Below are positions 37,603 to 48,644 of a DNA stretch of 64,000 nucleotides, piece by piece. Position 1 is the first letter of the stretch. Each line of letters opens with the position of its first letter. The DNA lies in contig CAYFIY010000001.1 in NCBI GenBank assembly GCA_964343275.1, positions 49,683 to 113,682 on the forward strand, read 5' to 3'. The DNA comes from Candidatus Hadarchaeota archaeon. GTDB lineage: Archaea; Hadarchaeota; Hadarchaeia; Hadarchaeales; Hadarchaeaceae. A program made the translations under genes and the position numbers. The notes below the pieces were generated by a model. That model saw only the letters and a list, made by a program, of their open reading frames with translations. It was not told the origin of the DNA and made no database searches.

Positions 37603-39660
37603 GTGGACATGGTTTTTGAACAGATGGTGCAGAAGATCTTAGATTCTTCTAAACTGAGCCGCGACGAGCTGTTATCTCGAATTCACAACAAGCAAGAGGA
37701 ACTGGGCGGTTTTGTGACCTTGGAGGGAGCTGCGAACATTATCGCCCGTGAGCTTGGGATAATCTTCGAGCACAAAGAGCCAGAGGTCCGGGACTTTCGT
37801 ATAGATGATTTGATCCCTGGAATGTCCAAAGTTGAAATCTTGGCCAGGGTTATTCGAATCCGCGAACCAAGAGAGTTTCAAAGGTCCGGTGGAAAGTCTG
37901 GTCAAGTTGGGAGCCTGATTCTCCGGGATAATACTGGCGAGATAAGGCTCACTCTTTGGGATGATAAGGCATCGATTATCCAACAAGGAGGGCTAAAGAA
38001 GGGAGACGCGGTCAGGGTTAAGAATGCGTATGTTCGGCAAGGTATTGATAAAAAACCTGAACTCAGCTTAGGTGCGCGGGGTTTAGTCACTTTGAGCCTT
38101 GACGATCCTCTGGCCAAGGAGCTACCACCGATAGATGAGGCTAGGGTTGATGTCGCTGGTTTAACCCCAGACATGATTGAAATTGACATAGAGGGTAGGG
38201 TGGTGACGATTAGCGATGTGAAAGTTTTCGACCGCCAAGATGGAACCACGGGAAAAGTTTCTACTCTCATTCTTAAGGATCAAACCGGGCAGGTCAGGGT
38301 ATCTTTATGGGAAGAGTGGGCAGAACTATCCAAAGACCTGAAACGAAGGGACGCTGTGAGATTGGAGAACGCCGTCGTCAAGACTGGACTCGGAGGGCGT
38401 GCGGAGTTAAGTCTGGGTTCTCGCGGTAGATTGGTTAAGAACCCACCAGATGTCCCGGAATTTCTTGACCTAGCAGACCGCCCGCTCAAATTAGCAGAGG
38501 TGGAACCAGAAATGCGTTCCCTGGATTTGTCCGCGAAGGTCAAGCGTAAACTCCCGGTGCATGAATTCAAGCGTGGCGATGGTTCTACAGGTAGGGTGGC
38601 AACCGTTATTTTGGCGGATGATTCTGGTACGCTAAGGGCATCCTTCTGGGACTCCGCAGCTGATCTTTTACAAGGAGTGGGTGCAAACGATGTAGTCATG
38701 CTGCAAAATGCTTACACGCGAACAGGCCTCTGGGGGAGAACCGAGATACAAACGGGTGGGGCGACTCTAGTCGAGATAAACCCAACTGGCGTCGAGGTCG
38801 GGGAGCCAAAACCGAAGTTGCTGAAAATTGGAGAGCTGGAACCCAACATCGATTCAGTGGAGTTGTCTGGTAGGGTGATCGAGGTTATCGATTCAAGAGA
38901 GTTCACCCGGGTGGATGGCACATCTGGAAAGGTTGCATCTTTAATCATAGGGGACGAGTCTGGAACGACCCGCGTATCCCTGTGGCAGGAACATGCCGGT
39001 AGAGTCGGAGGCATAAAAGTCGGTGATGCCGTGAAATTGATCGATGGCTACACCATACTGGGACTCCACGGACATCCTGAACTACATTTGGGCAAATACG
39101 GGCAACTTGTGCTTAATCCGGAGGTGGATCTTCCACCAGTCGAAGCGATTAAGCCCGTTTCAATACCTAAGGTTCGGCAAGAGGTATCCGATTTAGAGAA
39201 AGATGGCATGCGCGTGCAGGTGAGGGGGACGGTAGTAAAGGTGTTTCATCGCCGCCCGATATTTTATGCCTGTCCCAGCTGCGGTCGAAGCTTGGGGAGT
39301 GTCGATACTAGTTTAGTCTGCGAGGAGTGCGGGAAAGTAGTGTCGCCAGAACATCGTGTGGTTATCAGTTTGCTATTGGACGACGGCACCGGCAACATTC
39401 GCGTTACGTTGTTCGGAGATCTAGCCGAACGCTTTTTGGGGATGAATGCCGGGCAGGTTTTCGATCATTTCAGGAGCAAAACAGATATCTCTGAACTTTA
39501 CCGCGATTTGGGGGTAGTAGGGAGAGAGTTAATCATTTCCGGAAAAACTAGATATGACAAATACTTCGACCAAATAGAACTCAGGGGAAATGAGTTCGAA
39601 GTTCCGGATCCGGTACAAGAAGCTAGGGGAATGCTTAAAGACCTAAAAGAAATGGTGTGA
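37603..39660 (+). CDS. rpa: replication protein A (multi-OB-fold ssDNA-binding protein with C-terminal Zn finger)
   Basis: Four tandem OB repeats (recurring ...TGKVSTLILKD.TGQVRVSLW... units) plus CPSCG...CEECG zinc ribbon; 685 aa. Confidence 0.85.
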   Translation: MDMVFEQMVQKILDSSKLSRDELLSRIHNKQEELGGFVTLEGAANIIARELGIIFEHKEPEVRDFRIDDLIPGMSKVEILARVIRIREPREFQRSGGKSGQVGSLILRDNTGEIRLTLWDDKASIIQQGGLKKGDAVRVKNAYVRQGIDKKPELSLGARGLVTLSLDDPLAKELPPIDEARVDVAGLTPDMIEIDIEGRVVTISDVKVFDRQDGTTGKVSTLILKDQTGQVRVSLWEEWAELSKDLKRRDAVRLENAVVKTGLGGRAELSLGSRGRLVKNPPDVPEFLDLADRPLKLAEVEPEMRSLDLSAKVKRKLPVHEFKRGDGSTGRVATVILADDSGTLRASFWDSAADLLQGVGANDVVMLQNAYTRTGLWGRTEIQTGGATLVEINPTGVEVGEPKPKLLKIGELEPNIDSVELSGRVIEVIDSREFTRVDGTSGKVASLIIGDESGTTRVSLWQEHAGRVGGIKVGDAVKLIDGYTILGLHGHPELHLGKYGQLVLNPEVDLPPVEAIKPVSIPKVRQEVSDLEKDGMRVQVRGTVVKVFHRRPIFYACPSCGRSLGSVDTSLVCEECGKVVSPEHRVVISLLLDDGTGNIRVTLFGDLAERFLGMNAGQVFDHFRSKTDISELYRDLGVVGRELIISGKTRYDKYFDQIELRGNEFEVPDPVQEARGMLKDLKEMV

Positions 39661-39666
39661 AATACA

Positions 39667-40629
39667 TTGGAGAAGAGATTGGTGGAGAAAGCAAAAAAGT
39701 CGATTGAGAACCTACTGGGAATTGGCGAGGCAACTGCCGAGAAACTTCGTGAGGCCGGCTTTCGCACGATCGAATCTATTGCAGCAGCTACTGTTGCTGG
39801 ATTGCGCGAACCGGCAGAACTCAGTGAGACCCAAGCTAAGAAGATCATCTCCGCAGCTAGAGAAGTCACCGATTTTTGTAATTTTGTCACCGCGGACAAG
39901 GTTTTGGAACAGCGGGAGAAGATCGGCCTAATCACGACTGGCAGCGAATCCCTAGACGGCCTCTTGGGAGGTGGGGTGGAGACCCAGGCAGTCACGGAGT
40001 CTTTTGGAGAGTTTGGATCTGGAAAGACTCAATTGGCACATCAGCTTTGCGTGAACGTACAGTTGCCCAAGGAACAGAAGGGCTTGGATGCCAAGGCCAT
40101 TTACATAGATACCGAGAACACCTTCAGGCCGGAGAGGATTAGCGACATGTCTATCGGCGTTGGAATAGACCCTGTCAAAACACTGGAGAACATTTACTAT
40201 GTGAGGTCTTACAATACCGACCAACAGATCTTGATAGCCGAGAAGGCGGAGGAGATTGTGGAATCTGGAAATGTGCACCTTATCGTGGTGGACTCGCTCA
40301 CCTCTCAATTCAGGGCTGAGTTCACCGGAAGGGAAACACTGGCTCCACGACAGCAGAAGTTAAATCGTCATCTGATGACCCTGCACAGGATTGCTGACAT
40401 ACATGATCTCGCAATCTTTGTGACCAATCAAGTCCAAGCCCGCCCCGATGTTTTCTTTGGGGACCCCACTAGGCCCATCGGGGGGCACATACTCGCCCAC
40501 TCCGCTACCACGAGAATCTATCTCCGGAAATCAAAAGAGCAGAGGAGGATCGCGCGGATGTTCGATAGCCCCAACTTACCCGAGCGTGAGGCTGTTTTCA
40601 GGATAACTGAGCAAGGGATAAAGGACTAA
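39667..40629 (+). CDS. radA: DNA repair and recombination protein RadA
   Basis: N-terminal Hh[15 protein letters not shown] Walker A, VVDSLTS Walker B. Confidence 0.92.
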   Translation: MEKRLVEKAKKSIENLLGIGEATAEKLREAGFRTIESIAAATVAGLREPAELSETQAKKIISAAREVTDFCNFVTADKVLEQREKIGLITTGSESLDGLLGGGVETQAVTESFGEFGSGKTQLAHQLCVNVQLPKEQKGLDAKAIYIDTENTFRPERISDMSIGVGIDPVKTLENIYYVRSYNTDQQILIAEKAEEIVESGNVHLIVVDSLTSQFRAEFTGRETLAPRQQKLNRHLMTLHRIADIHDLAIFVTNQVQARPDVFFGDPTRPIGGHILAHSATTRIYLRKSKEQRRIARMFDSPNLPEREAVFRITEQGIKD

Positions 40630-40632
40630 TCG

Positions 40633-41352
40633 GTGGCTTTTTTGATCAGGTTATTAGCTATCGATATCGACGGCACGTTGACCTTCAAAGACAGAAAGCT
40701 GGACGTGCTGGGGTTGCAGGCCGTTCGGAAGGCGGAGAGTTCTGGGATCTCGGTGGTTCTTGCGACCGGAAATATCTTCAGATACGCCGAGGCAACGTCC
40801 AACCTAATCGGTACTTCCGGACCATGGGTAGCAGAAGACGGAGGGGTCGTTTATGATCCGGTTGGGGGGCAGCTGTACTTGCTTGGCGACAGAGCGGATG
40901 TGGATCGGGGGCTCGCAGCACTGAAAACTGTGTTCGGAGAGCTTAAACATACAAGAAGCTCATCTGATCGCCTTACTGGGGCCACCATCGAGAAGAACAT
41001 CAGTTTGAAGGAAGTTAGGAAAATCATTCAACAGGAGGGTCTGCCCATAGTGGCCGTGGACTCTGGTTATGCCATTCACCTGCGGAGTCCTGAGGTGAAC
41101 AAGGGCAATGCTCTCAAAAAAGTCTCCAAATTAACAAAAGTGCCGCTGAGCGATATTGCTGCGATTGGCGATGGTTTAAACGACGTCGAAATGTTGCAGA
41201 TAGTCGGGGCTAGCTTTGCCGTAGCAAATTCTGTCGAAGATGCGAAGCAGGTGTCTAGATTTGTAACGAATTCGCCATTTGGAAGGGGCGTTGCCGAAGC
41301 AGTGGAAAAAATAATCAACTATTCTTATCGCGACTTGCAATTATCGCCGTAG
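40633..41352 (+). CDS. HAD-superfamily phosphatase (Cof-like / archaeal phosphoglycolate phosphatase)
   Basis: IDIDGTLT motif I, GDGLNDVEM motif IV. Confidence 0.75.
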   Translation: MAFLIRLLAIDIDGTLTFKDRKLDVLGLQAVRKAESSGISVVLATGNIFRYAEATSNLIGTSGPWVAEDGGVVYDPVGGQLYLLGDRADVDRGLAALKTVFGELKHTRSSSDRLTGATIEKNISLKEVRKIIQQEGLPIVAVDSGYAIHLRSPEVNKGNALKKVSKLTKVPLSDIAAIGDGLNDVEMLQIVGASFAVANSVEDAKQVSRFVTNSPFGRGVAEAVEKIINYSYRDLQLSP

Positions 41353-42045
41353 CTAGTCTTCTGTACTCCATTGATGCCGCAGATTTAGGACTTTGGATTA
41401 AAACCTATCCCCTGAGAGCAATCGAGCGTTGAACGGATTCATCTTCAGGGATCGCCACCAGCACAGATAGCTCGAGCGCAGAAGCAATCTCATCTCTAGA
41501 GATTTACAGTTCGTTGCCCCCAGTTCTGGTGATTACCGCTCTCACGGGCTTGACTCCGAGACAGTCCGTTATGAACTTTAATTTCATGGCATTGGAAAGG
41601 CAGGTCAAGTCTGGAGAAATTACGATAATTAATTCTGGGGCAACTCTCAGAGCCGTTATGGCATTGCGGTCCAATACAGAAAGAGTTTCTATAAGCAATA
41701 TGTCTAATATCTTGGCCAGACTTTGCTACTTTTTTTTAGGTTGTCGAGCTTCGCCAGCTGGATATCGTTTAGGGGGATCCCTGACGTGATAATTTTAAAA
41801 CTTCTAGGTCCAAGGTAGATGGCATTTGAAACTGGCGCTTGATCGACGAGCACTTCATGTAGGTTTGTCTTGCGTTTCTCGATACCAGTAATAAGTTCTA
41901 GGTTCGTCATTGTGATATCAGCGTCAACAACGACTACTTTTATGTTCAAGCTTGGCGAGAGCTAAGCCGATGTTTGCAACCGCGACTGTTTACCGGTTCC
42001 GCCTTTGTTTGATGCAAAAGTGATTATCCTTGCTATAGTAATCTT
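41315..42045 (-). pseudogene. MinD/ParA-family P-loop ATPase pseudogene (at least four frameshifts, lost start)
   Basis: Pieces in different frames: KITIARIITFASNKGGTGK | TVAVANIGLALAKLEH | KVVVVDADITMTNLELITG... (ORF 41704-41949) | ...PELIIVISPDLTCLSNAMKL... (ORF 41504-41698) | ISRDEIASALELSVLVAIPEDESVQRSIALRG | ...NPKS | AASMEYRRLATAIIAS; the C-terminal remnant overlaps the PGP-like gene 3' end on the other strand. Confidence 0.7.
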
Positions 42046-42219
42046 CGTTCACTTGGTTGAGCCAGGTGGCCTGTCTGCATACGGTCCGTAAAAAGGTTAA
42101 CTTTCAGCTTTACAAACTGCTTTTAAGGACAATTTTATCCATATATTTTAAAACAATATAATAAAATTTAACTCTCCATAAGTTTACAGCGAATAGACCA
42201 GGTTAATTGGGGGCATAAG

Positions 42220-42906
42220 ATGAAAATTGGGCTGGTATCTGACATTCACTCAAACCTATCCGCGTTCAAGGCAGTTTTGAAAGACATGCCCAGTGTCGAT
42301 ACGATCATTTGCATGGGGGATATGGTGGGTTATGGTGCTCAGCCGAACCATGTCTTGCGACTAGCGAGGTCTAAGAAGGTGAGGTCCACAATGGGAAATC
42401 ATGATTACGCGGCCTTGACACAGGATGTCCGAGGTTTTAACGACCGTGCTGCAAATGTCGCGATCTGGACTTCTGAAAATCTGACTACAGAGAATTCAGA
42501 ATACCTCGCCGTCCTGCCCACTAGCATAAACCTGAAAATCGGGGACAAAAAAATATTCGTGGTCCATGGTAGTCCGCGCGACCCACTCAACGAATACGTG
42601 TTTCCCAACATTTCCAACCGGGATCTTGTGGAGGTTATTAAGGGTGTGGATGCAGATATTATTCTCTTGGGCCATACTCATATCCCCATGAAGCGCTTGA
42701 TAATGGGGAAGATTGTTGTCAATCCCGGAGGAGTGGGACAGCCTCGCGATCGCGACCCCAGGGCCAGCTATGTGGTGCTGTCGGGAGGCAAAGAAATTGG
42801 GATTAGTTTCAGACGAGTTGAATACAATATCGACGCCTCGGTCGCAAAGATAAAAGCTGCAGGCCTGCCGGAAGAGCTTGCGACTAGGCTGTTCTTTGGA
42901 TGGTAG
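42220..42906 (+). CDS. metallophosphoesterase (calcineurin-like, MJ0936/YfcE family)
   Basis: KIGLVSDIHSN, GDMVGYG, GNHD, GHTH motifs. Confidence 0.85.
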   Translation: MKIGLVSDIHSNLSAFKAVLKDMPSVDTIICMGDMVGYGAQPNHVLRLARSKKVRSTMGNHDYAALTQDVRGFNDRAANVAIWTSENLTTENSEYLAVLPTSINLKIGDKKIFVVHGSPRDPLNEYVFPNISNRDLVEVIKGVDADIILLGHTHIPMKRLIMGKIVVNPGGVGQPRDRDPRASYVVLSGGKEIGISFRRVEYNIDASVAKIKAAGLPEELATRLFFGW

Positions 42907-42909
42907 TGA

Positions 42910-43197
42910 TCAAAACGATGATTTTGGTTGAGCCTTTAATCGTTGAATAGCCAAGACCCTCTCGTTCACGACCACGAAATCCCGTACCGACATCACGGCG
43001 TTAAAAGGTATCAGCGCGTTCCCGCTGGAGTCGCGGGGAACGCTCACGATGACTTGCTTGGAGATAGGTTTGACCACGAGGGAGATTATCTTTCCGTCAC
43101 TCTCGTCGAAAGTTATGCCGCTAATTCTACCTACCTGGAGACCTCTATCTGAAATTATCTTCATTGAGCGTAACTTGCTGGCGAGAATTTGCGGCAA
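42910..43197 (-). CDS. PRC-barrel domain protein
   Basis: About 95 aa; SMKIISDRGLQVGRISGITFDESDGKIISLVV pattern of archaeal PRC-barrel proteins. Confidence 0.55.
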   Translation of the reverse strand: MPQILASKLRSMKIISDRGLQVGRISGITFDESDGKIISLVVKPISKQVIVSVPRDSSGNALIPFNAVMSVRDFVVVNERVLAIQRLKAQPKSSF

Positions 43198-43243
43198 AGT
43201 CCATCACCCGCCATAAGTTTGATTCAGACCTTAAAAAGGTTAA

Positions 43244-45493
43244 TCAATAGTGCATCCCTGTTGCTTCTCCCGCGACTCTCTTGGGAATTCTTTCCTCGAA
43301 CGATTGATAGACCTCTTGAATTTCAGGTCCAAGCGAAGGCTTAAACCTCTTCATGGCCTCTTGGAATTGCTCCATCTTTACCTCTTTTGCTTTGATGTCT
43401 TCCCTTAGTGCCAACATCGCCGCCTCGCGACACAAGGAGGCCAAATCAGATCCAGAATAACCATCGGCTTCCTTTGCGATGTGTCCGAGATCCACATCCT
43501 TGGTTAGGGGCATATTTTTAGTGTGGATCTTAAGTATTTCAAGACGGGCTTTTTTATTTGGGGCAGAGATCAGCACCAACCTGTCGATGCGGCCTGGCCG
43601 GAGAAGGGCAGGGTCGACTAGATCGGGGCGATTGGTGGCGCCGATGACTACGACCTTTTCTAGTTTTTCTAGTCCGTCCACCTCCGTGAGCAGTTGGCTG
43701 ATTACGCGTTCAGTGACATTTGTGTCTCCATAACCCGAGCCGCGCGTCGGAACGAGGGCATCAATTTCGTCGAAGAAGATAATCGTCGGTGCTGCCATCT
43801 TTGCTTTGCGGAAAGTTTCCCTCACTCCACGTTCGGATTCACCGATCCACTTCGAGAGCAGTTCTGGTCCCTTGACGGAGATAAAGTTCGCCTCGCTCTC
43901 GGTAGCCACTGCACGCGCAAGTAAAGTCTTCCCAGTGCCAGGTGGACCATATAACAAGATCCCTCGAGGTGGTTCGATACCTATGCGGCTGAAGGAATCC
44001 GGGTATTTGAGTGGCCATTCTACTGCCTCGCGCAGACCCTGTTTTGCCTCATCTAACCCACCTATATCATCCCAGTGCACGTCCGGTAGCTCGATCAGTA
44101 CTTCGCGCATGGCTGAAGGTTCTACTATCTTCAAGGCGTTGATGAAATCGTCCTTGGTTACTTGAAGCTTTTCCAAAATTTCAGGTGAGATTACCTTTTC
44201 GTCCAGCTTAATCAGGGGCAAAATTTTTCTCAGGGCGCTCATTGCCGCTTCCTTACAAAGGGATTCCAAGTCTGCCCCCACGAATCCATGTGTGATGTGG
44301 GAATAGTGATCTAGTTCTACATCCTTGGACAATGGCATGCCTCGTGTGTGTATTTGGAGAACTTCTTTTCGCCCATCGCGGTCAGGAATTCCTATCTCGA
44401 TCTCACGGTCGAACCTTCCCGGACGGCGGATGGCTGGGTCCAGCGCGTTTGGACGGTTTGTGGCACCTATCACTATCACCCTGCCACGGGACTTCAAACC
44501 ATCGAGAGCGGTATTCAAAGTTGCCACCACTCTCCTTTCTACATCTCCCGTTACTTCCTCGCGTTTTGGAGCTATCGCGTCGAGTTCATCGATGAATACA
44601 ATTGATGGGGCGTCCTTCTCCGCTTGCTCAAATAGCTGTCGCAAACGGGCCTCTGATTCACCATACCATTTAGACATAATTTCGGGGCCATTTATCGAGA
44701 CGAAGTTTGCTCCCGACTCGTTTGCCACAGCCTTGGCTATCAGTGTCTTACCTGTTCCCGGCGGGCCCCGGAGTAAAACACCCTTTGGAGGGTCAATGCC
44801 CAAACGGTCGAACAGCTCAGGGTGTTTCAGTGGTAGTTCTATCATCTCCCGAACTCTCTGTAACTCTCCCTTCAGTCCACCAATATCCTCATAGGTCACG
44901 GCCGGTAGCTTGAGTTCATTGATTTCAACGGCTTGCTGCAGCACATTTGCATTCGTCATGTCGGTCACAAGAACTATTCCGGAAGGACTCGTGTTTGTGA
45001 CCACGAATTTTACTTCTCCAAAACCGAACGGCAAGGCCATGCTGCCGAAGATACCGCCGAAGAAATCTCCAAGCAGGTCCTCCTCAGGGGGCGTAGGTGC
45101 GATAAGGTCTCCTTTCGCTAAAGGTCTTCCCAGTAGGTTGCGCTTGATAACCTCTCCGGAGACCATGAACTTTACATTGGGGTTGGTTGGGGCTATCGTT
45201 ATGGATTTGGCTTCACTTATCGAGGCCTTTTTGGCGACGACTTTCTCACCAATCGATGTGCCAGCGTTGTGTCGGATCAGGCCATCGATTCTTAGGATTT
45301 CAAGTCCTTTGTCATCTGCGGCTCCTTTTATCGCTATCGCCCCGGTTGAGCGAGAGCCAGTTATCTCGACGTAATCTCCCTGTTTTATACCGATGCGTTT
45401 CATCAAACTTTCATCGATCAAGGCAAAGCCGCGGTTCACGTAGTTCTGGTAACGATTCTCCGCCACTACTAACTTCATTTCCTCGTCAGTCAT
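43244..45493 (-). CDS. cdc48: AAA+ ATPase Cdc48/VCP (VAT-like), two AAA domains
   Basis: N-domain plus two GPPGTGKT Walker A / DELD Walker B modules; 749 aa. Confidence 0.92.
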   Translation of the reverse strand: MTDEEMKLVVAENRYQNYVNRGFALIDESLMKRIGIKQGDYVEITGSRSTGAIAIKGAADDKGLEILRIDGLIRHNAGTSIGEKVVAKKASISEAKSITIAPTNPNVKFMVSGEVIKRNLLGRPLAKGDLIAPTPPEEDLLGDFFGGIFGSMALPFGFGEVKFVVTNTSPSGIVLVTDMTNANVLQQAVEINELKLPAVTYEDIGGLKGELQRVREMIELPLKHPELFDRLGIDPPKGVLLRGPPGTGKTLIAKAVANESGANFVSINGPEIMSKWYGESEARLRQLFEQAEKDAPSIVFIDELDAIAPKREEVTGDVERRVVATLNTALDGLKSRGRVIVIGATNRPNALDPAIRRPGRFDREIEIGIPDRDGRKEVLQIHTRGMPLSKDVELDHYSHITHGFVGADLESLCKEAAMSALRKILPLIKLDEKVISPEILEKLQVTKDDFINALKIVEPSAMREVLIELPDVHWDDIGGLDEAKQGLREAVEWPLKYPDSFSRIGIEPPRGILLYGPPGTGKTLLARAVATESEANFISVKGPELLSKWIGESERGVRETFRKAKMAAPTIIFFDEIDALVPTRGSGYGDTNVTERVISQLLTEVDGLEKLEKVVVIGATNRPDLVDPALLRPGRIDRLVLISAPNKKARLEILKIHTKNMPLTKDVDLGHIAKEADGYSGSDLASLCREAAMLALREDIKAKEVKMEQFQEAMKRFKPSLGPEIQEVYQSFEERIPKRVAGEATGMHY

Positions 45494-45497
45494 TTCA

Positions 45498-45770
45498 TTA
45501 CCTCTTCACTTCCACCAAAAACTTGCGCCATTCAAGGTGTTCTGTGAATTCTCTAAAAATCTTTTCTACCATCTTTGCGTATTCTTCCTCGATCAGCAGG
45601 GTGCTGCGTGTCGTGAACTCCCAGCCGTCTTCGGGGAGCTCGTCTAGTATCCCTGGAGTGTGGTTCCGCCCGCTCTTGGTGGGATAGTCGTACCCGCTAA
45701 GTGCCCTGTAAAATAGGGTGGCAGGCGATCCTCGCGATTTGACGTCCCATACAAGAAGTATTTTCCGCAT
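45498..45770 (-). CDS. hypothetical protein (90 aa)
   Basis: ORF only; 5-bp from the cdc48 start on the same strand; no family recognised. Confidence 0.3.
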   Translation of the reverse strand: MRKILLVWDVKSRGSPATLFYRALSGYDYPTKSGRNHTPGILDELPEDGWEFTTRSTLLIEEEYAKMVEKIFREFTEHLEWRKFLVEVKR

Positions 45771-45946
45771 GATATCACTTGTTGTATTTATAACAAATAA
45801 CCCTATTTAAATATTTTGTTATATTGATAACAATTATTTTTTCCAAGATATTTTTCTAGATATTTTTAATTTTTGTGTGCAGTTGAATAATAACAAAGGA
45901 GAAGACGAACCTAATATTAACTCGCCGAGATACTATTTTTGATGCC

Positions 45947-47143
45947 ATGGGAATAACATTCATCGATCCCAGCTTTTCTGGTGTATCTGGCGATATGTTG
46001 ACAGCGGCTCTTATCGATGCCGGCGCTTCAGCGGACAAAGTTCGACGAATGATGTTGTACGCTAGCAGACCATTTGGAAAAGTTGCGATTAAGATCGGAA
46101 AGATCAAGGTTAACGAGATCATGGCGACGCGACTGGAGTGCAAAACTGAGGATTCTAGCGGAAGGACGTATTCCGAGATAGTGAACGGTCTCAAAGAATT
46201 GCGTTTGCAACCGGAGGTGAAGGGCGCAGCCTTGAATGTCGTATGGATTCTCGGAAAGGCGGAGGCCAAGCTTCACGGAAAAAGTCTTGAGAGGCTGAGG
46301 CTTCACGATGTCGGTGCTGCTGATGCTATCGCAGACATCGTCGGTTGTTGTACGGCAGCTTACCAGTTGGGATTATTTAAAAATGAGGTTGTCGGGGGCG
46401 AAGTTGCGGTAGGTAAAGGTTCTGTGGGGTTTTTCCACAGGAGATTGCCTCTTCCAGCACCGGCAACGGTTGAGATCTTGCGAGGTGTGCCGGTTGTCGG
46501 TAGACCTATAGAAGCAGAGCTTACCACACCCACTGGAGCCGCGCTCTTGGTGACCTTAGTGGACAGATTTTCTCGGGCCTTACCCTCGATGGATATAAAG
46601 TCGGTGGGTTACGGTACGGGAACTCACCGGCTCCCAATTCCCAATTTGTTGCGCGTTTGTCTGGGTGAGGAAAGCGAACTACAGTTAGAGAAAATATCCG
46701 TGCTCGAAACAAATGTGGACAATGTACCGGGTCAGGTCATCGGATACACAATTGAAAAATTGCTGGCCGAAGGTGCGCTGGACGCCAGCGCAGTTCCTAT
46801 TGTGATGAAAAAGGGAAGACCAGGCTTTCTAATTAAGGTGTTGGTAAAAACCAAAGATTCCGAGAGACTCTCCCGCTTACTTGCGCTCGAGACAGGAACA
46901 TTGGGAGTACGAGTTATGCCTTCGATACATAGGCATATTTTGAAAAGAGAACTGATGCGAGTTGACCTCAAGCTTGCTGGGTGCAGGTTCAGCCCCCGAG
47001 TTAAGATTGTGCGGGTCGGGAAGAAGGTCATCGGCTGGAGCGCGGAGTACGAGGATGCCAAGTCCATTGCCAAACGAACTGGCAAAACGCTTCGAGAAGT
47101 AATCAGACTCATTGAGGATTCCGCTCAAAAGGGAATAAAGTAG
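45947..47143 (+). CDS. larC: LarC-family nickel insertion protein (DUF111; pyridinium-3,5-bisthiocarboxylate mononucleotide nickel chelatase)
   Basis: IDPSFSGVSGDMLTAALIDAGA N-terminal LarC signature; 398 aa. Confidence 0.8.
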   Translation: MGITFIDPSFSGVSGDMLTAALIDAGASADKVRRMMLYASRPFGKVAIKIGKIKVNEIMATRLECKTEDSSGRTYSEIVNGLKELRLQPEVKGAALNVVWILGKAEAKLHGKSLERLRLHDVGAADAIADIVGCCTAAYQLGLFKNEVVGGEVAVGKGSVGFFHRRLPLPAPATVEILRGVPVVGRPIEAELTTPTGAALLVTLVDRFSRALPSMDIKSVGYGTGTHRLPIPNLLRVCLGEESELQLEKISVLETNVDNVPGQVIGYTIEKLLAEGALDASAVPIVMKKGRPGFLIKVLVKTKDSERLSRLLALETGTLGVRVMPSIHRHILKRELMRVDLKLAGCRFSPRVKIVRVGKKVIGWSAEYEDAKSIAKRTGKTLREVIRLIEDSAQKGIK

Positions 47144-47323
47144 GGCCTTTCCTTACTTTTAAACTTTCATAGTTCAAGCCTTGGAAGGGGTTGGTGGGGC
47201 GTTTATATCATACTTTCAGCGTGCATCTCGGCGGCTTTTATATTAGCTATTATACTTAATTTACATTTTTTTTTCTCGATCCAGCAATCACAAACTCTGT
47301 CTCCCATTGATAGAATCGCGCAG

Positions 47324-47665
47324 GTGTCGTACATCGTGGACGGTGACACAATATTCCATGAAGGGAAGGAAAAGGTGAGCTGGTCAGCGTCAATACTCCC
47401 AAGATGGATTCGATCGACACTAGTGAGAAGATGCTCGCGGAAATGGCGATGGGATTCGAAGAACCTTTGCCCACCTGACACTGAGATTGGGCTGAACGTA
47501 AACGATCTCGAGTCGGCGGACCGATATGGTCGAATATTGGCTGTCGTCTATTTGAAAATCGATGACAACTGGACTAATCTGAACAGACTACTCATCCGAT
47601 CTAGTTTCGAGGATATTTTATACATGCATACGTCGGAATCCAACCCTTATGAATGGTTGGATTGA
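47324..47665 (+). pseudogene. staphylococcal-nuclease (SNase/thermonuclease)-like gene with two internal frameshifts
   Basis: Frame A: YIVDGDTIFHEGKEK; frame B (from about 47380): VSVNTPKMDSIDTSEKMLAEMAMGFEEP; frame A again: DRYGRILAVVYLKIDDNWTNLNRLLIRSSFEDILY (SNase DKYGR...YIY motif). Confidence 0.55.
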
Positions 47666-48550
47666 TTAAAGCAGTTTGGCGAGCACGCCCACCAGGAAAG
47701 CGACCAGACCAAACCCTATTCCTATTTTACACGTGAGAGATGCATGTCCGGCTGTCGCGGGTCTATGTCTCCACCCAATCATCACGGCAGCTGTAGCAAA
47801 TGCGGCGATGGAAAGGGTAACTATCGCAAGGTAATACCATTCGAAAATCCCCATTAGATAAGGCAACGGGGAAAGGGATACGGATATTCCTATGAAGCTT
47901 ATTGCTAAAACTGCGGCTTTTCCAGCGCCAAACATCAACGGAAAAGTTATGAACCCGAGCTGGCGGTCTCCCTGCATGTCCTGGATCGCTTTGATCAGCT
48001 CTCTGCCCACTGTGGAGAAAGTTGCCATTAGCACTAGGACCGATAGTCCACCGGGAATAAGCGATCCAAGCTTTACGTGGCTTATCGCTAGTCCTCCGAA
48101 TAAAAAAGTTGAGCCCGCTAGGTATCCTACGGCAATGTTCCCGACAAATCCCTTACGCTTAAGCTTCCATGCATAGAGCGCCAGTATTATTGAGTTCAGC
48201 GCCGCCAGTAAAATGTTGTAGATGTTCAAGAAAATGGTGAGCGATATTCCAATTGCAAAAAACAACCACGCTGCTGTCAGGGCCTTCTTGGCTGTAGTTC
48301 TGCCCGAAGGTATGGGGCGCTCCGGGCGATTGATCTCGTCTATCTCTTGGTCGAAGTAGTCGTTTATTGAGTTGCCCCCAGCCGCTATCAGAGCTGCAGC
48401 TACAGATGCAATAAGGGGAAAGATCCACTGCATGTTTAGTTGCTCAAAAGTTACTACGGATCCTATAATCACGGCCACTCCCGTGAAAAAACAGTTAACG
48501 GGTCTTGCCAGCTCGAGCACAGGATATGAACGGATAATTTCGCCCTCCAT
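47666..48550 (-). CDS. digeranylgeranylglyceryl phosphate synthase (UbiA prenyltransferase family)
   Basis: NDYFDQEIDEINRPERPIPSG first Asp-rich motif, 8-9 TM helices. Confidence 0.8.
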   Translation of the reverse strand: MEGEIIRSYPVLELARPVNCFFTGVAVIIGSVVTFEQLNMQWIFPLIASVAAALIAAGGNSINDYFDQEIDEINRPERPIPSGRTTAKKALTAAWLFFAIGISLTIFLNIYNILLAALNSIILALYAWKLKRKGFVGNIAVGYLAGSTFLFGGLAISHVKLGSLIPGGLSVLVLMATFSTVGRELIKAIQDMQGDRQLGFITFPLMFGAGKAAVLAISFIGISVSLSPLPYLMGIFEWYYLAIVTLSIAAFATAAVMIGWRHRPATAGHASLTCKIGIGFGLVAFLVGVLAKLL

Positions 48551-48644
48551 TTTATTATATTACTTTAGAGTTACTTACCTTTTTTTCTATGCAAAGGTTA
48601 AAATCGTTTAGTATGGAATTTAAATAAAAATCATAGGTGGTAAG

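Noticed and set aside
45498-45770. Possible Cas2/VapD-like or SRP19-like identity for the 90-aa protein downstream of cdc48
   Set aside because: Only a vague N-terminal beta-strand resemblance (ILLVWDV), no conserved catalytic or signature residues, and no cas1 or CRISPR repeats anywhere in the window
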